Source: Octopus bimaculoides (lineage: Eukaryota). From it: a stretch of DNA of 64,000 nucleotides. The notes under the pieces are model-generated. The model was not told where the DNA came from. It did not search any database and worked only from the letters and a program-made list of their open reading frames with translations. Each line of letters starts with the position of its first letter. Positions within the stretch are counted from its first letter, which is position 1. The position numbers were made by a program, and so were the translations under genes. Positions 14,962 through 27,900 of the stretch are shown here, piece after piece. The DNA lies in assembly GCF_001194135.2 (NCBI RefSeq), contig NC_068983.1, forward strand, positions 124,016,709 through 124,080,708, in the 5' to 3' direction.

Positions 14962-17900
14962 CTCTGAAACACGACTGAAAACAACATCTCCATCTTTGCT
15001 AAGGTGGAGGCAACTAAAAAGTAATAACTAATTCATATATCATTTGGATTAGATGTCACTTTATAATCTGAGTATTCGAAGTTATTGTACACTTTAAATC
15101 CTATTACAAGGAAAATATAAGTTATGTATCACAATTAGTAAATGTATGACTACCAATCATACACAAACTATCTGAATTTGTTATAGTTGAAAATAGTGCA
15201 ATTAATTAGAATTACTTTGAAATTAAATGTTTAATATTGTAATTTGTCCATCTTAAGAATCATACCTATGTGTGTATCCTAGATTCATACATATATTAAG
15301 TTCCTTACTCTGTAATGGATGCAAATATTTGTTTTATTTTATTTTTTTTTTATCTTTAACTAATAGCAGATAACTATATGTGCAATAAGTGTGTGTGTGT
15401 GTGCGTGCACGCGCGCAGAGCTGTGTGTATTTCTGACCTACAAATACACACACTGATAGAGAACCATACACATACATGTCCGAAAGCGTTCAGCAGCAAA
15501 ATAGCCCTTGTCTTCCCGCAATACTTAATACAGCATATATAGGATTTGGGCCAACACATGAAAATTTCTTCATGTAGTAAATTTTAAAAGATAATCACTA
15601 ATCTACTGGCAGAGATATCACTTAAATATTAATCAAGTGGTGTTTCAAAAGAACTCAGTTGCTTTGTTCACTGTTTCTTGTCTGATCTTTCCATCAAGCT
15701 ACTCTGTTGGTTTGTAAACTGGAGATACACTTAACCAATCTCTCATTCATACACATACTTCTGAGTATGACATTCATGCATCCAATTTTGTTTTCCTTGT
15801 TACTTAAAAAAGCATAGGCAAGGCAAAAAAATGTGGTTAGAAAGTTCATTTCTCAATCCTATGGTTTAGTGTTTGCTGTGTATGACCCTTTAGCAAGTGC
15901 CTTGTGTTAGAACAATACACCAACCAATGCTTTATGAGTGAAACTGGTAGACAGAAACTGAACAAAGCCAGTCAGGTGGCAAGGGGTGCATTTGCATGTG
16001 CATGTGTTTTCATCATGACACTGCAAGAGTAAACCATTAGCAGCATTTACACCTTCTGTAAATATGTTCCATAGCTTGACAAGTTTCATCAATTTCAACA
16101 AGTGATAACCGGTGAAAAGAACGCCATACTGGAAAACAAGGGTTTTTAACACAAAGAACATCCATCCATACAATACTGTCTCATTAAGTTTCATCCAATG
16201 CATACCAGCATGGAAAAAAAACAGATGTGACAAGTACAACAACAATGACAGTAACTCAGTTCATCCCTAATTTTGTTTCTATTGTCAAGTCATATATAAC
16301 ACATCATTTTCCATACACTTTTATCCCAATAACAGCCTGACTCATTATGTCAGAGCCACAATTCGTTTGATGTAGATACATCTAGATCACGAACTATACT
16401 AGTCCTATTAAGTACAATACTATTATATAATTTTGTTTCCAATCTGCAATTTGAAGAAACTAATGGAATGTACCTTGAAGATCATTTTAAAACAAAGAAA
16501 TTAGTTGCTTCAAAACAAAAAATTAAATTTATAAAATTGTTTCCAAGAAAATTTAGAATAACCCTCTTTAATGTATGTGAATTTCAGTATCTAAATAAAG
16601 AAAACTTGTTAAGCAAAACTGACTGGATATATATGAAAAAGGGAAATTTTAATTATCACTTACCAACAATAGGTTGCATTTCTTCTGACTGTTCAGAAAC
16701 ATTAGTTCCTGGTGCAGGTGACGATGGACCAATGGGAGTTTCTTCACACAAATCTTTTATGTCTGCATTTGCATATTTGTGAGAGAAACCTGCAGATTCT
16801 CCTTCACTATCACTATCCAGTTTTTCTTTAGAGTCTTTACATTTATCAAGAAGCATTTTACCAAAAAAGGCTTCCTAAAATTAAAAAATTAAACAATTAT
16901 ATTAAGAACGAATAATTCATGATTTGTTTACTGAAAAAATAGTGATTCAATCAGAACATAGGGTTATGCCTCAATAAGAAAAAGAAAACATACGCATTTT
17001 TTTTCAAAAATACATATACTTTATATACCATAAATGTATGCATTTTGTTTTTCAATATATACCAGATGCTCTGGGTATTAGTGAAGAAAATTTAGTAAGA
17101 CAAATAGATGACCTAATATAATGTTATGAAGCATGCAAATTTTAACTTTCTTTGTTCAAGGTTAGACAACAGTTGGAAGCTTCAACCTTGATGCATGATC
17201 CATGGCCCAGAGAAAGAAAAATATTTCCTATGATCAAGCATTATCAGGATGATTAAGTTAAGTTCATCTAGCAGGTTCAGGACATCAACAACAACAACCC
17301 AACAAGCCAACGAAGACCACCAATGAGCACTTTAAGGGTGGCAGAATCCTTCATCAGGTGTGGTGAATGAGGACATCTGGTACATGATGAAGAGAGGGCA
17401 GTTGATGACTGACAAGATCTGGGAGAACTACGTAATCATGTCTTTTAACCACAAGGCCACTTAGTAACTTCAAATAAGGACTCAGATCATGACGACCTGT
17501 CCAGCTCATGTCAGAAGAGAAAGCATACATAGAATAATGAACAAGAAGTTATTATTCCAAGATTATGCAGTATTTTATTTCTCAGATGTGAACAGAAATA
17601 TGAAAGAGGAGTTGGATTTAATTAAAGAGAAATTTATTAAGATTAAGATCCATAAAGAGTAATAAACTAAAATGAGAAAATTAGCAAAAATCTTGAAAAT
17701 GCTTATCAATATGGTTTTAATAGATATGGTAAAAAGTCATAAATTAAATAGCATTTTAAAATAACTAAGGAACTTCCTAGACTTTTAAAGTCTAGTACTG
17801 CAAGTAGCCACAACCATTGTGTCCTGAAGCACACATAAAGCCGATTCAATAGTGCTATTGCCTGAAGCCAAAAAAAAAAACAGGAACCAAGCATTGTCTA

Positions 17901-18025
17901 TAGAAAAAAACATCCTGTTTACACCATATATGTTCATATTCTGGACTTGTTAAGTTAATTTCTTTTGACTTTTCAATTTTTGAGCATTATAACAGGTAGT
18001 TAGAAATCTGTGATACTATTTATTA

Positions 18026-18063
<38 letters not shown>

Positions 18064-21000
18064 TGTGAATGACTTAATTAGAGAAATACAGCTTGAACTT
18101 GGGACAAACATAATATTTCAGTGTTATCGACACACACCACCATTTATCAATTCTGAGCAGGAGTAGAATTATTATGTAGCTGATTATTGCAACAATGCTT
18201 TCATTAGTGAATGGTACACATTAAAAGAAAATTCATAAATTTACTGATATATGTAAAATGTAGGATACTGGTGGGTTTCATCATAATCATTTAACATCCA
18301 CCTTCCCTGCTGGCATATGTCAGAGGTTCAATAGGATATGACAAACCATGGGACTGCATCAAAGAATGAAATTTACAGTGTAATGGGCATTTCTTTTATG
18401 GTACCAGCACTAATGAGATCACCAAGTAACTCACAAAACAAAACATCCTCTTGACTGAGTGGTGGTATAATAGAGAGGGAGGTAACTTTATGCCTAGTGT
18501 TGAAAGGCTAAAATATGCTAGGACAAGAGCAGCTGCTATGCTGTAAAGGAAACATGATTACCCCACATTAAAGATGAGTAGGAATTACTGTCAAGAGAGG
18601 TAATGGTGTTGATGAGGTAACAGGGTACCAAAAAGTGAGTAGAAGAGAGAATAGGAACAAAGCATTAGGAAGGGCAAATTCATAAGAGTAAGAGAGGAGA
18701 ACAACAGAATGCAGTGAATGGTGAACAAGAGTGAAAGTGTAGTTTTCAGTAAATATGTGATGGAGAAGATAGAAGAAAAAGAAGTGACTCGGGGAGGAAG
18801 AGGTGATAAGTGGCAGCACAGTAAAGGTGAAGAGCAGCAGTATAATAAAACCATAGATAAATGAGAAATAAGGTTATGATGTGTAGGGTGGGTGGATAAA
18901 AATGACAAAGATAGAGATCAGTGGTACAACAAGAGTGGCTGGCGAACTAAGGTCAGGGGAGTTGATGACAGATATGAGAAAGATATGAGAATATAGCAAT
19001 CATAAGTGGTAGCTTAAGAGAAAAGGAGAAGTAAACTGGTGGCACAGAAAGGGATGATCAGTGGAAAATAAAATGGGAAGAGATGATACTGAGAATGAAG
19101 GGAGGGGGGGGATGACAAAAGAAAGTGGTTCCAGGGAGAGGGATAATATGTAGCACAAAAAGGGATGAAATATTTGTAGTTCTACTCCTATTTAATTACA
19201 GCACCTGAATAGTTCTATAGTTAGAAGAGTGATGGGTGTTGGAAAATGAGGTGAGAATGAGTGCAGAGGCAGGGTCCAAGAATGTGTATAAACAAAACAT
19301 GGTGCTTTTTAGGAACTCGGTTTTGCTGTGATGGACAGTTATTCACAAACACAGCAAATCACCAATCATCTTGGCCCTTTGTCATGTGGCTCACTCAACA
19401 TCCTGGGGTCAGTTTTCATTAATTTCTTTCTCCTATGTTTTCCACAGTCTCCCTCATCTACTAGTTCCATCCATATTTAGTGATCAGTACTACTTTATGC
19501 AGCTGCCTTTATCCATAATGTTTGTAATAAGAGTAAATAACAGTAATTTATTGGTGATGTGGGCCTTAATGTTTTCAGTTATCACCTACCTCCACTTCTC
19601 TCAGCTCTCACTTTGAATGGAGGAAATCAGTGCATATTTCAGAATACTTTTTCTAATGTGAGTTGTGCAGCTTTCAAGTTACAGAGACTACTGGAGTATA
19701 AATTCAACTTGGAGACAAGAAGTTGATGTCAAGGAATTAATATTTTGAAATATATATGAAAACCTGTATAATCAGCTTGTCTGTATTCAACTTACCTCAA
19801 CAGGTGAAACTGATATCACAGGAGGTAAAAATAACATTCACAATATACACCAACATTCATTGCATCCTATCACTAAATTTTTTCTTAATTTATGAAATCT
19901 TTTCATAATTTTTATACTGGGTTAACAGTATTTCATCAAAATTTTTAGTTTTCAACAGGAAAGGAAATTTATTAGAGTGAAAATAGAGGAATTTAAGAGT
20001 TAAACTTTCTACATTGTATAAGATGTGGTTCAAAGTGTAACTGAACTGAATGTTTCTGCTAAACCTGTTTTTTATCTATATTAACTCAAAAAGGGGTGTT
20101 CACAGTATTTATAGATTCTCCTACATTGGCGTAGAAGTGTAACTGCATGAGGTTTATATAATTAATGCTTAGTTTGGATCCTGACAGTTAATAGAGCATA
20201 AAGGAATATCTAGAGATACAAACATATATTCTGACAAAAGCATTTAAATGCTTATAACCTACTTTAAAAATATTAATCATTTTACATAATTTGATGTAAT
20301 TTTTAATAAAATATTTTTCATACTAAAATCAATTTTCCAAAAGTAAAAATTCAATATTTTACCTGAAGATAAGATGGGAAACTATCTTCTAGTTGACTTT
20401 TCCTTTTCTGTCGGCGACGTTTCTTTATTTTGTCTGACATCAGTCCACTGATTGATGAATCTGTGATTGAAGACGGTCCTTCATCAATGCAGCTACCCTC
20501 AACTAAAATTGAAGAAAATAAGTTTATGCAAATATTAAATCATAAAAACAATACTATATTAGATTACATAATATACTCATCACTCACACAATTATAAAAG
20601 TCTGTAACTAAAGAAGTTAATTCATTAAAATATCTTTTGAAATGTTTAAAATTAAATAGTTTCTTGTCTAACTACCTAACAGTAAATGCTTTTTATATAA
20701 TTAAGAACTTGAAATTAACAATCCTTTTGTACTAACTTGTATTTCCTATTTCTGATTTCAATAGATCTTCATTAACATCAACCTGACGAGATGGTGACTG
20801 ACGGCTTGCGGTCAGGCGTACATTTCTTTGCCGAACTATAAAACCACCCACTCCTGTAATCAGAACATTTATAGACGGAATGTTAATAAACCAATTCCAA
20901 CTAAGAATTATTTAATGCTGAAGATAAAATTTCATCAACGAAATGATGAAAATCTAATCAAGACCCAACACCTTAACTTACCAAGACCTAATTGCTTTCT

Positions 21001-24000
21001 TTGTCTCTTTTTCTTAATCATTTCTTCACCATTTCCTTCTTCCATTTTAATTTCATCATATTGAGAAATAACTGTTGACTGAGATGATCTGAAGACTGAA
21101 TCAGAATCCATATCAGATCCTTTTATTTCAGTCGAAATCTCCATATCTAAAATAAATTAATTTAAAAAAACATCATTCTTAAATTAATCTTATATTAAGA
21201 AAAATTTTCTTAATTGGAGATGCTATGAAAATGATGCTATGAAAATGATGCTATGAAAATGATGCTATGAAAATGATGCTATGAAAATGAATCAAAACCT
21301 ACTCCTATATACTAAAAAAACTCAGTAGCAGTGGTACAAATAATGTCCTAACAAAAAAATAAGAAAGAATATATTTTTGCACTTCTGTACAGCTAACCTC
21401 TCGTTACTTATTACATCACTGTGTGTGTGAGTGCAACATATTACATCACAGTGTGTGTGAGTGCGACATAATGAACACAATAATAAGACAGGCCATCATA
21501 TAAACAAAGTGTATGTGTATGAGAGAAATACAGAGCATAGAAGAGTCTATAAGTCCAAACACAAGGATGGAAAATATACCAGTTCGTATCCAAGGTACAC
21601 AGTATTTGAAGTGCTGTATCAAAAAGTTGTAGCGGCAAGGCAAAGCCAAAGTAGGACACATGTTGTGTTAGAGTTGAGGCTTCAATGCTGTGGCCGGTTA
21701 CTTGGTACAGGAGTTCTCGCAGGTTGTATTCGCTGTTAACTATGGTGAAGCATTTCACAAACAGCGTGGATAAAAGCTGTGCGATAGTTGCTGGTGGTGC
21801 ATACATAGAGAAGTTGGAGTAGACGCTGGTGGTGGCGACAAAGGAGTTTGCAGTAAGCTATTGAACAAAGTGTTGGATCTCCATGAAGTGGTGTCGTGTC
21901 GTCGCTGGAACTGGCTGTGTGTTCTGTGGTCAGCAGCTAGACCTCAGAAAGTCTAAAGCCGACTGACAACTGGGACGATGTAACAGCTAGCTATTTATAA
22001 GATACCATCGGCTCAAACACGGGTTCAGAAAGACTATCCCATGTGACCTTATCTGAAGGCTGCAATTGGTTGGGTTGCACCTTGGCACGAGATAGAACAA
22101 GAGACAAAAATATGCCAATACCAACCAATCAGAGTGATGGACACAACAGAGTCCAAAGATGCAGCCGAAGGCTAGCTGTTAACCACTACATCTGCACTCA
22201 TGTATATATAGCAGACACAGAGAGAAGTACACTACACATAGGGTTGTTGCAGGCTTTTTTCAATCTCCATCAATGTTGGTTTTAGGCAGGACTTTTTGCT
22301 ACTTTAAGAATGTTGGTTGAGGTGATTTGCAACCTTTGTCTCTCATTGCATGAGGGCCTTCCTATCCCTAGGAATCTTGTACTTTTCTGTGTTGGCCTTG
22401 TGTTTTGGGACGTATTTCTGAAATATGGTTTGCAGTTCGTTTCCTCTTTCTTCATTTCTTTTGTGTCTCCCTACCTTTTTCTTTTTCCTCCCATTCTCTT
22501 CCTGTTTTTGATTTGACCTCTCTCCTCTTTCTAATCATACACATCTCTCCTCCTTCCGTCTATCCATTAATATTTCAAACACATTCCCAAATTTTATTCA
22601 CACCAAAAAACCCCCTCAATTGAACGCCATTTACAAGGCTCTATGCTTGGAATGACCAAATATAACTACAATAGGAACTCACACACAAGGTACGAGACAC
22701 TTCATGACTTATATACACCATTCTACTTGAATAATGGAACTGCAAATACAATGTCCCTATGTATCACACTTCTATTTTTCATTCTCTTACTTCCCTCTGT
22801 ACTTCATATCTTCTCTACAATAATTAATACTCAAACATTTTCTCACACCGTCTGTAATGAAAGGATATATAAAATATCCCGGAAACAGCTGTAAGACCTT
22901 TTTCCATATAAATGTTCTGAAAACTATTTACAGCCTTGGATATTTTATTTCATTCTGTCAATTTATATATATATTTATACACACACACACACCACCCTTC
23001 ACTAGACCTGTATATGAAAGCCTGTATTGTTCCATCCTCATCATCCCACTTGTACCTTCTTCCTGCCCTCCCCATCCATCGCCCTATCCATTTCAAGCAC
23101 CATCCTATCATTCATAACTCTAATTCTCAACCTGTGATGCTTGCTGAGTGCTATCCATGACTCCTTTCCTCTCCTCTCATTTTCTGTCATGCCTACACCC
23201 TCTCATCTCTCCTTTTCTGGCCTACCTCCCATGACCTCCTCATCTCGCTTCACTGACACTTTCTGAATGATTACACTTGGGTCTATATTTTTTCGCTTTC
23301 ATGTTCCCCTTCCCTTCACACCTCTTGCTCATACTTGCCTTTGTCATATGAATTTGTCCACCCTTTGTCACTAAACACTGACACTAATCTCTGCCCTTTT
23401 CCCTTCCAAACTCCCCTCCCAATAGTGTCTACTCGATTACTTATAATATTAACACACTATCACAACTATAAACACTTTACCTTTTCTCATCACCTTGTTG
23501 AAAATCAGCTCATCTCTCACCCCATCATTTTTCTTCAGTTACAAAGGACTCCATTAGGCTTTTCCATCTGCAAGTTGCAAAGCAACTTCACGGGTACAAG
23601 TGCCATGAATATTGCACCCAGTACACCGTGTTTGGTTTCAGGAAATGCATCCAATTGTAGAAACCATACCAAAATAGGCATTTGTGCACATGTACTTCAA
23701 CTTTTCCTCTAGTTAGTCAATTTTAACATTTACATTCATTGTGTGTGAACATCCATTAATTGGCACTTAATTCAGCTAAAAATGTTTTACAATTAGAATG
23801 CAACAACTCATTATATTACCAACACAATACTGAATTTCTACAAAGCAAGCCAAATTTTCTTTCAATTGCACATAATCAGTTATGTTTCTTAAGTTGTAAT
23901 ATTCATTCCAGATCACTGTTTGAAACCTTTTCTATCAGATTTCAACTTAATTCAATGATTCACTGAATACACATTAGATAACTATTTTGTAACTGTGCAG

Positions 24001-24856
24001 TTGTTGTTGCTGATGGATGTGATGGCAGTAGTTGTACAACATCAGCACGGATGATGATAATGATATTCCTCCTAAACTACAAAAAGCAAAAAGTAAATAA
24101 CACAATTTTATTAGCAGCTCCAAAATGTGAATGCGTTAAATAAATTTCAAATACCTTTTTCGCATGTATCTTCATTCTCAAGAGATGAGTCTGATTTCTG
24201 CCCTAGAGCTAATAAACGAGCAACACTTGGATGTTTTATCTGAGGGTCAGTCTTCTTAGGTCGGGATCGTTGTTTCTTTTTCATCGCCATGCTAGCAGTT
24301 ATATTTTGAATATGTTGCAATCCCAATGCTGATAATGTTACACCTTCATAAATATATTGCCTTGGCAATTCTGTAAATACATTCAAATTCATTACAGGAC
24401 TTCACATTTATACAATCATTAAATATAATTTCAACCAAATTAATGTTTTTTTATTTTTCCCCAAGTGAAAAATCTTATGTTTCTCATTCACATTTTAAAA
24501 CATTTCTTCAAAGTCTTATTACAATAACATGTTTTTAAGAAATGGAAGCTAAACTCATTTTGTTTTGCATTTCATTATCTGACATCAAAACAAGTTGATA
24601 TAAGATAATACAAACCATGAACATTAAAATAAGTGGATGCTCTAAGTTATATAACAGAAACATAAACACTAGTTTTGTAAACATTCTCAGTAATCTTAAT
24701 AAAATAAGCATCTTGCAAATAGCTGTCTCTACACTCATACACAAAAGTAGTAATAGTTGCAGCAGCTGCAAATGGAAGAGTTACTAAGTCATAATCAAGC
24801 AGTCTTCAAAGCAAACAATATAATAATTTCATAATGTGTGTGTGTGTTTGTGTGTA

Positions 24857-24944
<88 letters not shown>

Positions 24945-27900
24945 CAAGCAAAGCATCCGAACTAATATGGTCTACCTTTCTAAATAACAAATATCCAAAG
25001 AATTTACATGGTCATACTAATAGTCAATGTTTTAAATTTTTCAAAAAAAATAATTCACATGTCATTTAAATTACAGAATAATTTTCAACATCCATTTATA
25101 TTCAAAATGTTCTACATGAATATTCAATAAATGAAATGAGATATCATGTAATTTTGATAAGTTTTGTACATACATAATGCTGAATATACATTAGTCAATA
25201 TATGTAACACAGTTAAACAGGCATGTTAAGAATCTTTCTGGAAGCTATCTTGCCTTGAAGCTAGTGTGTGTGTGTCCATATGAATACACATATATCCCAA
25301 GTTGCATGTTTTTATCTTTAGCACTGTGTGTACATGTGCTGGTATGCCTGTATACATGTATATAGGCATACCAGAAGCAAGTGGTATGTGTATATGTGAT
25401 GTGAATGTGTGTGCATGAATGTACTCCCAAGTATATGCACTTAGTACCAGGATTGAGTTTATGTGTTTGCATATATAGCTTGTGTATGCACAATGTGTGT
25501 ATACACATGTAGTGAGCAACATTGAATCTTTATGCATAGGTGTGTTTTTATGCATATATATAACCATCTTGAACCTACAGATTCATGAGGTCAATGCTTA
25601 TTTGTATTTTCAAATTTAGGCTGAGAATATAAAATTCTTTGTTGAATGGGATGCCAGTATGTTGCAAAATTAGCAACTAAATTAGTTGTAAAAAGCTAAA
25701 TTTTAAAGGTCAGTTTTGTATAGCATAAATGTCAGTAGTTCACAAAGATACTTTTGTTCATGTGTATCAGAATCTGAACATTTAAGTGTATCATATTAAA
25801 TTATAAAATAATTGTATAGTTCTAAATTACATAATTTGATTTTAAAGCAAATTGATGTCCTTGGAATCATATTTCAGAAATTTTTTTAACCTTTTTGTTA
25901 CCATATTTCTGTTCTAATACACTATTTAAATTAATTTTGAAATTATTTAATTTTCAAAAATAATGACAAATTTAAGAAAATAACTTTAGGCTAGTGAACA
26001 TAAGTTAACATGGAATTTTGATGGACTTTAATGTAGAGCACTTTTAAGTATGAAGTTTGTATCAGAGAACCAGAGGCAGTCACATGCAAGTTGGTATTAG
26101 AGGGGTTAAACTTGAACACCCTCTGAGTATCTTTTCACTGAAGGAAAAAAGAAAATCAGCATTATACAAATGAAAGTTTTTAGTGTTTCATACCTGGAAT
26201 AGGTTGGGGCCATTTTTTAGGTTCAACCTTTTTTTCTTCAACTTCCTTAGGTATAACAACTGGTGAGGGACATCTGACTTTTTCCTCTTCTGGCTCAGGA
26301 GGTGGTGGTGGAGNNNNNNNNNNNNNNNNNNNNNNNNNNNNNNNNNNNNNNNNNNNNNNNNNNNNNNNNNNNNNNNNNNNNNNNNNNNNNNNNNNNNNNN
26401 NNNNNNNNNNNNNNNNNNNNNNNNNNNNNNNNNNNNNNNNNNNNNNNNNNNNNNNNNNNNNNNNNNNNNNNNNNNNNNNNNNNNNNGGTGGAGGTGGTGG
26501 TGGTGGCGGCGGTGGTGGTGGAGTAGGGGGTACTGAAAAAAAAGTTTACATCATAAAAAAGAAAATTTTCTTAACTCACTCAACTTATGAAATATTAACC
26601 CCTTGCAGACAGATTTAGTACCGACAATCTTTGCTGTGTACCAGTATTAGGCTGTTTACTAACTACACAATTTTTCATACAAGGAATTTTACAGTGTATT
26701 TACAGATTCTTCTCAGCGTGGTATATTTGGAAACACGGTGCTGCACAGAGTGAGACATCACACTGCTCACACACCAAATGTTTTGATGCGGTCAGTACCA
26801 CTTCCTCTCTGCAAGGGGTTAATTTTGTCAAAACAAAAACAAAAAAATAAAAGATTTTTAATTAGTACTTAAAAATTGATGAAATATTTTATTTACACTA
26901 GCCAGACTCCTAATTAAGGTTATGCCTTATTTCTTTGCGTACTCTTTACAAAACCAAAAACTGCATATTAAAGATGATTCTTTTGATAATACCTTCAAAG
27001 CTGTTAATTCAATATGAAGTGCATATATCTCATTATTGAAGTTCATACTTCTGGAACAATAAAGACCCTGTATGTGTATCATTAGTCAAAGTAAAATGGC
27101 TTTCCAGCTGATAGGTAAGCCTTCATTCATATACACTTTGACAGCTTTAATCTACCATTCAGCTATAGTTTCCTTGCAATACTTCTAGTTTCTTCAATGG
27201 TATCTGCTTACTCTAACTTCAAGATTGTATACACTCTGCACTTAAATGCCTTTGGTGTACCTCTCTCTATTGCTACCATCTCTGCAGAATATCCCACTCT
27301 CTATATCCATATAAAGCATTCCCTCTGCCTCAATCTGAATGGTTAAATCAAACAACTAACAAGTATCATTTCAAGATAAATATTGGTTTCAAATTTTGGC
27401 ACAAGGCCAGCAAATTTGGAGTGGGATTTGGGAGTCCATTGCATTGACCCCAGTGCTCAAGAGGTACTTACTTTATTGACCCCAAAAGGATGAAAGGCAA
27501 AGTCAACCACAACAGAATTTGAACTCAGAATGTAAAAACATGATATTCTGCTAAGCATTTTGCCCAGATTGCTAACAATTCTGTCAGCTCACTGCCTTAC
27601 TTCAAGATAAATATTGACAATTTAATCTCATCTACAAAGAGTAAAAAGATTACAGACATACACATTCCTCTTCTGAATAACAAAATAAATTTATATATTT
27701 AAACTTACAAGGTCCTGGTTGTCCAGTCTTAGGACGACAGAATAAACAGTGATAGCCAGCATCAGCTGCTCGTTCTGCTTCATCCTCATTCTTTAGGCCA
27801 TCACAACTAGCATGGAGCCATCTAAAATATATCAGATTTTGATAATATACATTTACTGTATCTGCACAAGAGAATAATCACAATAATGAAATCAGTTGGA

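Noticed and set aside
12028-15031. Many overlapping ORFs rich in Y/I/H/T/V/C/M or X
   Set aside because: Artefacts of dinucleotide repeats and N gaps.
18560-19300. Strong purine/pyrimidine strand-skewed tracts (also 22450-23560, 46400-47250 and 50740-51080)
   Set aside because: Most likely very old L2/CR1-type LINE debris; no motif was clear enough to annotate or to claim a function.
19796-19866. Strong minus-strand donor GAG|GTAAGT with a coding-looking [11 protein letters not shown] upstream
   Set aside because: Available acceptors give stops or frameshifts, and exons 26 and 27 already join to the conserved YLQ|EAFFGK.
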